A stretch of 64,000 bases of DNA, from contig JAFKFM010000014.1 in the NCBI GenBank assembly GCA_017308135.1, positions 65,507 to 129,506 on the forward strand, in the 5' to 3' direction. Below the pieces are notes generated by a model. The model saw only the letters and a program-made list of their open reading frames with translations, did no database searches and was not told the DNA's origin. The stretch is from Alphaproteobacteria bacterium. GTDB taxonomy: Bacteria > Pseudomonadota > Alphaproteobacteria > CACIAM-22H2. The position numbers and the translations under genes were made by a program. Below, in pieces: positions 38,804-48,059 of the stretch. Numbering within the stretch: the stretch's first letter is position 1; each line of letters opens with the position of its first letter.

Positions 38804-40549
38804 TCAGTGGATTTCGGGTTCCGGCGTCGCGGCGCCCGCCTGCAGGAAATCAAGATCGCAGCCGATATCGGCTTGCCCGATATGCTGTGAAAACATCGCG
38901 CCATATCCGCGTGTGAAACGCGGCGGAGGTGCGATCCATGTGGCCCTGCGTATTTCTATCTCCGCATCATCGATATCCAGATGGATGCGCCTTTCCGGAA
39001 CATCGAGCTCGATCATGTCGCCGGTCCTGACGAGCGCCAGCGGGCCGCCCACGTAGCTTTCAGGCGCGACATGGAGCACGCACGCGCCATAGCTCGTGCC
39101 GCTCATTCGCGCATCCGAAATTCGAACCATGTCCCGCACGCCCTGTTTGACCAGCTTGGTCGGAATCGGCAGCATGCCCCATTCTGGCATGCCCGGGCCG
39201 CCCTTTGGTCCTGAATTGCGCAAGACCAGAACGTGATCGGGCGTCACGTCGAGATCGTCGCGATTAATTTGCGATGCCATATGGTTGTAATCGTTAAAAA
39301 CGAGAGCAGGCCCGCGATGCTTGAGAAGCCGCGCTTCCGCGGCTGAAGGTTTCATTACGCAGCCTCCCGCCGCGAGATTGCCGCGCAGAACCGCGAGACC
39401 GTTGGCAGAGGATATAGGCTGATCGACCGTGCGAATGACGTCGTCATTCCAGACATTGGCTTCGTCCAGCACCTCCGCGAGGGTGTGGCCGAGCACGTTC
39501 TTCTGTGACAGGTCGAGATGGTTTGAAATTCTCTTCATCAGGCCCGGTAACCCGCCCGCGTAATAAAAATCCTCCATCAGGTATTTTCCGGACGGGCGGA
39601 TATTAGCGATAACGGGGACGCGCGCCGACAGTTCGTCAAAACGTTCGAGCGCGAGGTTGATGCCGGCGCGTCGGGCGATTGCGATCAGATGAATGATGGC
39701 GTTGGTCGATCCTGCGATCGCGGCGCTGGTGATGATCGCATTGTCGAATGAGCCCGCGGTCAGGATGTCGGCTGGTTGCAAATCTTCCCAAACCATCTCG
39801 ACGATCCGTCGTCCGCAAGCTGCTGCCATGCGGGGATGACTGGCGTCGGGTGCGGGAATTGAGGACGAGCCCGGAAGGGCCAGACCCAGAACTTCCGCCA
39901 TTGCTGTCATAGTGGCGGCTGTTCCCATTGTCATGCAGACGCCGTTGGAGCGATTGATGCCGCTTTCCATTTCGTTCCACTGAGCGTCGCTGACGTTTCC
40001 GGCGCGCCGTTCGTCCCAGTACTTCCACAGATCGCTTCCCGAACCGAGGACCTGTCCATGCCAGTTACCCCGCAGCATGGGGCCGGCGGGCATATAGATC
40101 GCAGGCAGTCCGGCGCTGATGGCTCCCATCAGCAGCGCTGGCGTTGTCTTATCGCAACCGCCCATCAGAACCGCGCCATCGACCGGCTGCGCATGGAGAT
40201 TTTCTTCCACTTCCATCGCGAGCAGGTTGCGATACAGCATAGTCGATGGCTTCACGAAATTCTCCGGCAGAGCCATCACCGGGATTTCGATCGGAAATCC
40301 TCCGGCCTGCAGCACGCCGCGTTTCACGTCCTCCACGCGATCCGGAAAATGTGCATGGCAGTGTGCAAATCCGCTCCACGTGTTGACGATCGCGATAATC
40401 GGCTTTCCCTCGAAGTCCTCTTGCGCGTAGCCCATCTGCTTCATGCGCGAACGATGGCCGAACGAGCGCATGTCATCCGGACCGAACCATCGGTGGCTCC
40501 GTAAATCCTGTGCTGTTTCAGGGCGCCGACGCTTCAAATCATTCGACAT
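38804..40549 (-). CDS. IlvD/EDD-family dehydratase (dihydroxy-acid or sugar-acid dehydratase)
   Basis: CDKTTPALLMGA motif. 581 aa. Confidence 0.85.
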   Translation of the reverse strand: MSNDLKRRRPETAQDLRSHRWFGPDDMRSFGHRSRMKQMGYAQEDFEGKPIIAIVNTWSGFAHCHAHFPDRVEDVKRGVLQAGGFPIEIPVMALPENFVKPSTMLYRNLLAMEVEENLHAQPVDGAVLMGGCDKTTPALLMGAISAGLPAIYMPAGPMLRGNWHGQVLGSGSDLWKYWDERRAGNVSDAQWNEMESGINRSNGVCMTMGTAATMTAMAEVLGLALPGSSSIPAPDASHPRMAAACGRRIVEMVWEDLQPADILTAGSFDNAIITSAAIAGSTNAIIHLIAIARRAGINLALERFDELSARVPVIANIRPSGKYLMEDFYYAGGLPGLMKRISNHLDLSQKNVLGHTLAEVLDEANVWNDDVIRTVDQPISSANGLAVLRGNLAAGGCVMKPSAAEARLLKHRGPALVFNDYNHMASQINRDDLDVTPDHVLVLRNSGPKGGPGMPEWGMLPIPTKLVKQGVRDMVRISDARMSGTSYGACVLHVAPESYVGGPLALVRTGDMIELDVPERRIHLDIDDAEIEIRRATWIAPPPRFTRGYGAMFSQHIGQADIGCDLDFLQAGAATPEPEIH

Positions 40550-40657
40550 AGCAACCTCAACAAGGAGTGGCAGTCAGCCTCAAAAGGACATCGTTACTTC
40601 AGCCGGTCACGTGCTTCCGGCGTGTTCATATTGTCAGGGGATTCTCGTTAGCAGAAG

Positions 40658-43600
40658 CTACCGATGATGTCGCGTTGACAGAGAACGCCAGGCGGTTCGT
40701 AACCACCTTCGCCAGCCGCCCGTTTTCCAGATATCGCTCGCGAGTGCAGCAAGACTATCCTCGACCGCAACGGAAATGTGGAAAGGAAACATATGCTTTT
40801 CGCTGAACCAGCGGACCCCTTCCTCCACCAGATCAAGCTCCAGGAGATACTCGCCGGGTTTATGAGGTGCGATGGTGTCGATCAACATTCGGCTGCGTGC
40901 ACCGGCTTTGATCGTTTGCGTCAGGGGTGTTCTTCCATCGGACCAGATGATCACTTCACCATTGCGCGACAGCCAATGGTTGCCGAGCGCGATGCCGCTT
41001 TCATCAAAAGGCTTCCAGTCCAGCGGGCTGCGGTTCTGTATCGCAACGTCGATTCGAAGCTGCTGACCGGGTCGTAAAGTCAATTTGGAATAGGGGCCCG
41101 TTATCGTGCCTGCGTAGATCGACTCAGGATAGCTGCCGGCCGTCTTGTGGCCGGTATCGCAAGGCAGTTGTTGCGCAGACCACGCAATGGCTTCTTCCAG
41201 ACTCTCCGCCAATCGCTCGGATGCCTTACCGCGCATGATGGACGCGTAGCCGGCGGATATGACAGAGGTTTTATGGCCAGCGGGAAAAAGCTTCTTCAGG
41301 CCGGCATTTGGAAATCTGAACCTTCTGTATGGATTGAACTTGCTTCCATTGGGAAGAAAGAGCGCAACAGGTTCTTCAAAGGGACGATCTGCGAATAAGT
41401 CGACGATGGGCGTATCTGCAATTGCAAGGAGTTGCACTTTGCGCCCCTCCGCCAGAAGTGCGCGTGCCACTTCGAGCGCAATCATGGCGCCCTGGCAATT
41501 GCCTCCGATCACATAAGGCCCTTTCGGGTGAACCTTCTTGATCTCGTCGACATAGCGAGTGACGAATGCCTTCGCTGCCGGTGCATTGTAGTCGAGAAAT
41601 AAATATCCAGACCTCATCATATAGGCCGGTCGGCGCGAACCGACGATCCGGCCGAACTGCAAGGCCTCCTCTTTGGTTTGCAAACACCAGAAGAGGGGAA
41701 TTCCGGCTTGTGCCGTTCCCACGCGACGCAGGAAGCCTCCCTCCGAAGCGGGCCGCCCCGGCCATTGGGCCAGAAACTCGCTCATTCTCTCGCCGACCCA
41801 TTCCGGAAGGGACGGTGCATTTTCCGGTGAGAGCTTGTTGTCCTGATATCCCGGAGATTCTTTTGTCCGGGCGGAAACGAGGTTTACGAAGTCCGATAGT
41901 CTGGAATGTTCAGAAAAATCTTCCGGGGAAAGATAGAGGCCGAAACGCTCCTCAATCGCGAAACACATCTGAAGCGCGAGCACGGAGTCTCCACCCAGCG
42001 CGAAGAAGTCGGCGTGTGAATCACTGAGCGGACCGCACTTCAAAAGCCTGGACCAGATCTCGGCGACAATCTGTTCGATACCGATCAATTTCGTATCCGG
42101 CACCTCGTTGTTAGATGGTCCAGCGAGAACGTGAAGTTGTTCGCTGAAGCGTGGATCGCCAACCATCGCAGCAAGCGAAAAGCGCTGTACCTTTCCAAGG
42201 GGTGTTCGTGGCACGTCCTCGCTTCTGATCAATCCGACGACTGCAGGAACAAAATGATAGGCCGAGGTCACGATGGAGCGAATCTCGGCGGCTGCATCTG
42301 CCAGTTCGTAAGCTTCGTCGTTTTCGGCCACAGCGAAGATGGCTACCGGTTTCCCTGAGGCCGGGCTGCGCCGGATCAGACTTTCCCGAAACGGCGCGAC
42401 ATAAACCTGGCGAAATCGGCTTTCGGAGGCGATAGTTTTCTCGATCTCCAGACATGAGAATTTCTTGGCATTGATGACGATCTGATCCTTCTCGCGGCCG
42501 ACAACTGTGAGAAGACCATTGCGGAGGAAGCCTAGATCGCCGGTCCGCAGCCAGTCATCGTCCGTCAGCAGGTCGGCGGTGCCTTCTTCGTCTCCCAGAT
42601 AGCCGCACGTCATGGTCGGACCCTGCACCTCGACAAGGCCGATGGCTTCTTCCGCCAAGATGGTCCCATTGTCGTCGACGATCCGTACGGCATGACCTGC
42701 GGTCGGTCGATCAAGGACGACCGGTCCTTCCTCCGTTAGATCTGGCGAAAAGACGGCGCCGCCTCCGGCCACGGGGCCACATTCCGTGAGGCCGTAACCG
42801 AGAATGATCGAGTCGGCAGGCAGGCCGAATGGTGTCAGGAGGTTAAGAAAGCTGCGGCACAGGGGCCGGGAAATTTGCTCCGCACCGATGCCGATTTTCC
42901 GGACGCGACTAATATCCCATTTCCGTCCCGGTTGGCTCTTGAGAGCATCGATGATCAGTGACATGCCGAAATTCGTCATGGTCGCGTGCGTGGTGCCCGT
43001 CTGTTCGACAACATCGAGCCAAGAGAGCGGATTTGCCGCGAACCATTCAGCATCGAGATGGATCTTGCGCGCGGTGTTGGGCGCTGCAAGGCCAAGGCCC
43101 ATGATATGGTCGAAGGGTGACCACGACAGGAAGGTTACCGCGTCCCGCGCGTCAGGCACCTTCGCCCACCAGCGTGCCAGGACGGCATCTGCGGTCAACC
43201 CCACGAGCTTTGGCTGTGCTGTCGTTCCGGACGTCAGCACCGCAAGCTGCGCACCGCCTTGATTTTCAGAGATCATAGCGATCTCGGCAGGCTGCCTTTC
43301 GTTGTTTAATTCGTCGAATTGGAGAATCTTCAATCCCGATGCGGCCGCATCCGGTGTGTCCGTCAGGTCTGGATCATCGGTGAGGATATATCCATCGCTT
43401 AGGACCGAGTTCAAAAAGGAGAATATCTCTCTGCGTCGTGTTGCTCCGAACTGCTTGCTTGCGTTTTGGACGAGAGGCACAGCCAAGAGATTGGAGAGAA
43501 GCGCAGCCCAAAGCGCGGGAATGAAATTTTCGCTGTTCCGAAGATTGATGACGAGGTCGTCGCCTGCCTTCAGGCCGCGTCGCTGAAGGGCGAGGGCGAG

Positions 43601-43774
43601 CCGCTTCGCGTTTTGCAGCGTGTCCCGATAGGATATGGTCGAGAGAGTGCCATGTCTTATTGCGTGGACGAACTGGCCTTCGGGAAATCGATCGACCGCG
43701 TCGAGGAGGGCGTGAGTCAGTGTGGAATAGGGGACTCGGTTTGCAGGCTCGCCGCGAGAAATGGCGGGTGTCAT
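40658..43774 (-). CDS. NRPS-like single-module protein: adenylation (acyl/aminoacyl-AMP ligase) domain, phosphopantetheine carrier, thioesterase-like alpha/beta-hydrolase domain with G-x-C-x-G elbow, and an uncharacterised C-terminal ~180-aa domain
   Basis: Adenylation motifs LTSGTTAQPK, GYGLTECG, RTGDLGF, GREKDQIVINAKKFSCLEIE, PLGKVQR. Carrier motif FFALGGDSVLAL. GGNCQGAMIALEVA elbow. ATG at 43774 overlaps the upstream stop (ATGA). The ORF is open to 43915. Confidence 0.8.
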   Translation of the reverse strand: MTPAISRGEPANRVPYSTLTHALLDAVDRFPEGQFVHAIRHGTLSTISYRDTLQNAKRLALALQRRGLKAGDDLVINLRNSENFIPALWAALLSNLLAVPLVQNASKQFGATRRREIFSFLNSVLSDGYILTDDPDLTDTPDAAASGLKILQFDELNNERQPAEIAMISENQGGAQLAVLTSGTTAQPKLVGLTADAVLARWWAKVPDARDAVTFLSWSPFDHIMGLGLAAPNTARKIHLDAEWFAANPLSWLDVVEQTGTTHATMTNFGMSLIIDALKSQPGRKWDISRVRKIGIGAEQISRPLCRSFLNLLTPFGLPADSIILGYGLTECGPVAGGGAVFSPDLTEEGPVVLDRPTAGHAVRIVDDNGTILAEEAIGLVEVQGPTMTCGYLGDEEGTADLLTDDDWLRTGDLGFLRNGLLTVVGREKDQIVINAKKFSCLEIEKTIASESRFRQVYVAPFRESLIRRSPASGKPVAIFAVAENDEAYELADAAAEIRSIVTSAYHFVPAVVGLIRSEDVPRTPLGKVQRFSLAAMVGDPRFSEQLHVLAGPSNNEVPDTKLIGIEQIVAEIWSRLLKCGPLSDSHADFFALGGDSVLALQMCFAIEERFGLYLSPEDFSEHSRLSDFVNLVSARTKESPGYQDNKLSPENAPSLPEWVGERMSEFLAQWPGRPASEGGFLRRVGTAQAGIPLFWCLQTKEEALQFGRIVGSRRPAYMMRSGYLFLDYNAPAAKAFVTRYVDEIKKVHPKGPYVIGGNCQGAMIALEVARALLAEGRKVQLLAIADTPIVDLFADRPFEEPVALFLPNGSKFNPYRRFRFPNAGLKKLFPAGHKTSVISAGYASIMRGKASERLAESLEEAIAWSAQQLPCDTGHKTAGSYPESIYAGTITGPYSKLTLRPGQQLRIDVAIQNRSPLDWKPFDESGIALGNHWLSRNGEVIIWSDGRTPLTQTIKAGARSRMLIDTIAPHKPGEYLLELDLVEEGVRWFSEKHMFPFHISVAVEDSLAALASDIWKTGGWRRWLRTAWRSLSTRHHR

Positions 43775-44355
43775 GGCCGCTGACCAGCCAGATCGGTCAA
43801 TGAGACGGCGTAGTATCTGCCGATTTTTGCGATCTCCGATGTGGCATTCGATCTTCCGCGGGCTGACTTGTGCCAGTCCGACGCCGAATAATATTGGCTG
43901 GGGTAAGTCGTCCATCCAAGCTCAATTGACGCAGGCAGATGTCGCCTTGCCGCCAGGATCGCCCTGCGCAGATGATAATGGATGGTCACAAGAATAGCGG
44001 ATCTGAGATCGCGGAACTCCGGATGCGTCTCCAGGATTTCCTTGGAGAAGAGCATGTTCTCTTCCGTGTGAGCGGCCCGAGATTCCACGAGAACCGCCCG
44101 ATCCGGCAGACCCGCCTTCCGTGCGAAGTCGGACATGGCAACCGCCTCGCATTCTCCCAAGTTGCTATTGAAACCGCCGGTGAAAAGAAGAAATCTGGCT
44201 TTGCCGGACCGGTATAGCTCAATCGCACGCTCTGCCGGGCGCTGCCAGTCATTCATGCCGAAGACAATCGCGACTTCCGCCTCGATCAGATTGTCTTCGA
44301 GAAACAAGCAGCTTCCGATCAGATCGGTATCCATCGGCACGTTCGGAATGCCCAT
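43771..44355 (-). CDS. DUF218 (YdcF/ElyC/SanA-like) domain protein
   Basis: AIVFGMNDW...ARFLLFTGG...GECEAVAMSDFARKAGLPDRAVLVESRAAHTEEN pattern typical of DUF218. Start ATG lies 1 nt after the upstream stop. Confidence 0.6.
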   Translation of the reverse strand: MGIPNVPMDTDLIGSCLFLEDNLIEAEVAIVFGMNDWQRPAERAIELYRSGKARFLLFTGGFNSNLGECEAVAMSDFARKAGLPDRAVLVESRAAHTEENMLFSKEILETHPEFRDLRSAILVTIHYHLRRAILAARRHLPASIELGWTTYPSQYYSASDWHKSARGRSNATSEIAKIGRYYAVSLTDLAGQRP

Positions 44356-44356
44356 T

Positions 44357-45451
44357 TCAGATCGAGATCGTCTTGCGAAGGTTGCGCACGCGCGCAACGG
44401 ATGCTTTCAGATCGTCCATTGTGATGTCTCCGTCTGCCAAACTCTCGGCGATCCATGCAGCGAAAGATGCAGGCAGATCCTGATCGTAGTTCCTACGATT
44501 TCTGATGATGAAAAGGTCATTGCCTGCTTTCAATGCCTTGCGAGCGATGCTGGGGCGCTCAAAGCCGTAACCGGCAAGCCCCATGTCGAGATCGTCGGTT
44601 AGTGCCACGCCTTCAAAACCGAGCGTACCTCGCAGTATATCCGTCACGACGGTGCGGGAGAGAACGGCAGGCTGACCCTCATAGATCAAATGTCCGCTCA
44701 TCACCATCACAGCGCTCCTATCGCGAATGAGTTCCCTGAACGGCGAGAGATCTCGATCAGATCGCGATGATGAAACGTCGTCCCGAAGCGCCAGATGGGG
44801 GTCGTACCTGGCGCCTCCCTGTCCGGGAAAATGCTTGAGGGAACATAATATTCCAGCCGCGGCAAAGCCTGCCATGAGCGTTCTTGCATAGGTGGTCACA
44901 ATTTGGGGATCGGTGCTGAAGGCTCTTCCAAAATGACCAACCGCCGGGTTTTGCGGATCATCCAGGTCGACAACCGGCGCCAAATTCAAGTTGAAGCCAA
45001 GTCGCGCCAGGGCATGACCGGCCTCTTCGTAGAGGTTTCGCGCCTGGTCGATGGAGTAGTCCTGAGCCATGGTCTTGGCGGACGGCAAGGGGGTGCAGCC
45101 ATGCGCCGCGACCAGCCTTTGTACGGCTCCGCCCTCATGATCGATCGCCAGGATCGGCTTCTGCGGGGCATTGTCGGAAAAAAGCGCCGTCAGACCAAGT
45201 ACGTCACTTTTGCTGCCGATGTTGTCTTTGACAAAGATGACCCCTCCAGCGCGGCCGTCGCGTATCTGCCTCGCGAGCAGTTGGGCCGATCTGGAGCTGG
45301 CGTCGCGGCCGTCAAACCCGCAGATCAAAATCTGACCCGTGCTGTTCTGCACGTCGGAGTTGGCAGATATCGAAGGACGGCGAAATGCCCCGGTCGCGCC
45401 GATCACAGCGGCAGCTCCGGCCATGCCCGTTAGAAATAAACGGCGGCGCAT
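44357..45451 (-). CDS. Glycoside hydrolase family 3 N-terminal domain protein (NagZ-like beta-hexosaminidase) with twin-arginine signal peptide
   Basis: MRRRLFLTGMAGAAAVIGATGAF signal. KHFPGQGG motif. AAGGAA RBS. Confidence 0.75.
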   Translation of the reverse strand: MRRRLFLTGMAGAAAVIGATGAFRRPSISANSDVQNSTGQILICGFDGRDASSRSAQLLARQIRDGRAGGVIFVKDNIGSKSDVLGLTALFSDNAPQKPILAIDHEGGAVQRLVAAHGCTPLPSAKTMAQDYSIDQARNLYEEAGHALARLGFNLNLAPVVDLDDPQNPAVGHFGRAFSTDPQIVTTYARTLMAGFAAAGILCSLKHFPGQGGARYDPHLALRDDVSSSRSDRDLSPFRELIRDRSAVMVMSGHLIYEGQPAVLSRTVVTDILRGTLGFEGVALTDDLDMGLAGYGFERPSIARKALKAGNDLFIIRNRRNYDQDLPASFAAWIAESLADGDITMDDLKASVARVRNLRKTISI

Positions 45452-45753
45452 TGTCGTTCCTTTGGGCAGCCGACTGGCAAACGGATGCCTTTCAGCCCGC
45501 TTGGCCGGAGAGGCACGCGTGACCCTACGTGCACCATGCACCTATTAAGCCAGCCCCGATAAGCTGCACTTTTTTCAGAAAAAAGGGGGTTAGTCACCAT
45601 CATGTGGGACGAAGAGAACAACTAAATCAATAGAACTCCGGGCAAGTGCAGGCCCGGGCCTTATTTCTGAATGGCGTCCGACTGCCTGTGCAGAACATAA
45701 GTGGACTTGGGTCGCCCCGGCATTTGCCGGGCCCTGGTCTGCAAAAGCTCCGA

Positions 45754-46656
45754 CTAGTTCTTTCTCTCCTTCATTCGTTCGATGAGAAGCTTTGCGACAC
45801 GAAGGCTCGAAGGCGTCGTATTTCGCGTCGCCAGTTGCACGAGAGTGATTTGCGTTGCCTCCAGGCGCTTGTCGCGGAGGGGAATCGCGATCAATGAACC
45901 CGCAATCAGTTCGGGCATTGCGGAGTCGCGGGGCAGGAAAGTCCCTATGCCGGTTTTCATGGCGATCGTGCGCAAGAATGCGATGGAATTCGTCTCGCTA
46001 TAGAGATCGAGTTGAATGTTGGCCTTGGCACAAGCACGATCGATTTCCTGACGGATGCCGAAGGAAGGGTCCGGCAGGATCACACGCAGGCCTGCCAGAT
46101 CTTTCACGGTGCAGAATTCTCGTGTCGCCATCGGGTGATGCGGCGCGACCATCAGACACAAGGATTGGCGCATGCGCGCCAGTTCGATCAGATCCCGACG
46201 AGGCGCGCGGCCGAATACAAGTCCGAGGTCAACCTCGTGCTGTCCGACCATTTCCGCGACCCGATTGGTGCCGGCGGTTGTGACGGTGATCGATATGCCG
46301 GGATAGTCCCTGGAAAGATCGACAACGAAGTCTGAGACGAAGCTTGCGAGAAGACCTTCGACAGTTGCGATCCTGACGTGGCCACGCTGCAGCGTATCGA
46401 ACTCCTCGACCTGCGCACGAATCCGGTCGAGCTTGTCTTCGCTCTCGACTGCATAACGATAGAGCAACTGCCCCGCGCCAGTCAGCGTCATGCCGCGTGA
46501 TCCGCGCTCGAACAGCTTGGTCGAGAGTTCGTCTTCAAGTCCTTGCATTTGCCGGCTGATGGCGCTGGGCGCGATATTGAGCGATTCCGCAGCGCGCTTG
46601 ATCGATCCCCGCAGAGTGACCTCGCGAAAATAACGCAATGCAGTTGATTCAATCAT
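45754..46656 (-). CDS. LysR-family transcriptional regulator
   Basis: HTH: SIKRAAESLNIAPSAISRQMQGLEDELSTKLF. Confidence 0.85.
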   Translation of the reverse strand: MIESTALRYFREVTLRGSIKRAAESLNIAPSAISRQMQGLEDELSTKLFERGSRGMTLTGAGQLLYRYAVESEDKLDRIRAQVEEFDTLQRGHVRIATVEGLLASFVSDFVVDLSRDYPGISITVTTAGTNRVAEMVGQHEVDLGLVFGRAPRRDLIELARMRQSLCLMVAPHHPMATREFCTVKDLAGLRVILPDPSFGIRQEIDRACAKANIQLDLYSETNSIAFLRTIAMKTGIGTFLPRDSAMPELIAGSLIAIPLRDKRLEATQITLVQLATRNTTPSSLRVAKLLIERMKERKN

Positions 46657-46687
46657 GCTTTCAGCCCTTGAGGCAGCTTGCTCGCAA

Positions 46688-46706
46688 ATGCAGCATGTCT
46701 GCACAT
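46688..46706. promoter_or_regulatory. Dyad ATGCAG-catgt-CTGCAcAT in the LysR / binding-protein divergent region. Possible LysR box.
   Basis: Inverted repeat read from the sequence. Confidence 0.25.
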
Positions 46707-46814
46707 GGGTCTAATTTTTAGAATTCTGACTTCGAATTTCAATGCTTTTATTCGATCTCCTAATTTGTCATGCTTCGCGGCAAGTCACGCTTTTGTTCTC
46801 GATGGAGAAACCAG

Positions 46815-48026
46815 ATGACTCGCTTCCGGCTTATGTTGCCTCGCCTGAGTTCACTTCTTCTCGTATCCAGCGTCGGACTATTCGCGCCTGCGGCGATGGC
46901 GCAGGACGTCATCAAGTTTGGCGCGCCCCTTCCTCTGACGGGGCCGCTCGCGCCGGAGGCGGTGAAGCAGCAGCAGGGATATGACCTGTGGGCCGAACAG
47001 GCGAACAAGGCAGGCGGCATTTCCGTCGGCGGCAAGAAGTACAAGGTCGAGATCGTCTACGCGGACTATCAGTCGAACACGCCGCGCGCGGTGCAAACCA
47101 GCGAGCAGATGATCACGCAGAACAACGTCAATTTCCTGTTCGGCGCGTTCGGGTCCGGCGCAGCCAAGGCGGCCAGCAGCGTGTCCGAGAAATACAAGGT
47201 GCCGACCATCGCAGCGACCGCTTCGTCGGCGCAGGTCTACGATCAGGGTTACAAATATCTGTTCGGCACCTTCACGCCTAACGATACGCTGACCACGCCG
47301 TTGACGCAGATCGTCAAGGCCAAGGCTCCGGATGTGAAGAAGGTCGCCATTCTGGCGCGCAACGATCTCTTCCCGCTGGCGATTGCTCAGGAAATGGAGA
47401 AATCGGCAAAGGCGAACGGGTTCGAGGTAGTTTATTTCGAAAAATACGCCATCAATACCCTCGATCATTCGGCCACGCTGTCGCAGATCAAGTCCCTTGC
47501 GCCGCAGTGGATCTTCGTGACCGGCTACATCAACGACCTGTTGCTGGTTCGCAAGCAGATGACGGATCAGCAAATCAAGGCCAGCGTCGTGTCCATGATC
47601 GCCGGGCCTGCCTATCAGGAATTCATCGACGCGGCGGGTGCGAGCGGCGACAACATCACCAGCGCAGCCTGGTGGCATCCGGCGGCGCAATATTCGGGCA
47701 AGGACATTTTCGGCACGACCGCGAACTATGTCAAACTTTTCAAGGAGAAGTACAAGTCCGAGCCTGACTATGCGCAGGCTTCCGCATCCGTGTCCGGTGC
47801 TTTGTTCCAGATGGCCATCGAGCGTGCGGGTACGCTGGATCGTGACAAGGTACGTGACGAACTCGCCAAGATGGACGTGATGACCTTCTGGGGACCGGTG
47901 AAGTTTGGTTCCAACGGTCAGATCAACTCGCTCGAGCCGCCGGTCTTTCAGTTGCAGGGTGGCAAACCCGTCGTCCTCTCACCGGCGATCATCAAGCAGG
48001 GTGACTTCAAGCTGGGCGTGAACTGA
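46815..48026 (+). CDS. ABC transporter substrate-binding protein (LivK-like) with signal peptide
   Basis: MTRFRLMLPRLSSLLLVSSVGLFAPAAMA signal peptide. Confidence 0.85.
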   Translation: MTRFRLMLPRLSSLLLVSSVGLFAPAAMAQDVIKFGAPLPLTGPLAPEAVKQQQGYDLWAEQANKAGGISVGGKKYKVEIVYADYQSNTPRAVQTSEQMITQNNVNFLFGAFGSGAAKAASSVSEKYKVPTIAATASSAQVYDQGYKYLFGTFTPNDTLTTPLTQIVKAKAPDVKKVAILARNDLFPLAIAQEMEKSAKANGFEVVYFEKYAINTLDHSATLSQIKSLAPQWIFVTGYINDLLLVRKQMTDQQIKASVVSMIAGPAYQEFIDAAGASGDNITSAAWWHPAAQYSGKDIFGTTANYVKLFKEKYKSEPDYAQASASVSGALFQMAIERAGTLDRDKVRDELAKMDVMTFWGPVKFGSNGQINSLEPPVFQLQGGKPVVLSPAIIKQGDFKLGVN

Positions 48027-48059
48027 CCGCAATAGCCTCAAGGAAAGCGGAAGTCCGAC

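Noticed and set aside
45646-45666. GGCCCGGGCC palindrome plus TTATTT, resembling a plus-strand terminator
   Set aside because: No plus-strand gene ends upstream of it. It lies in the promoter region of the minus-strand GH3 operon, so its function is unclear. It is not listed as a feature.
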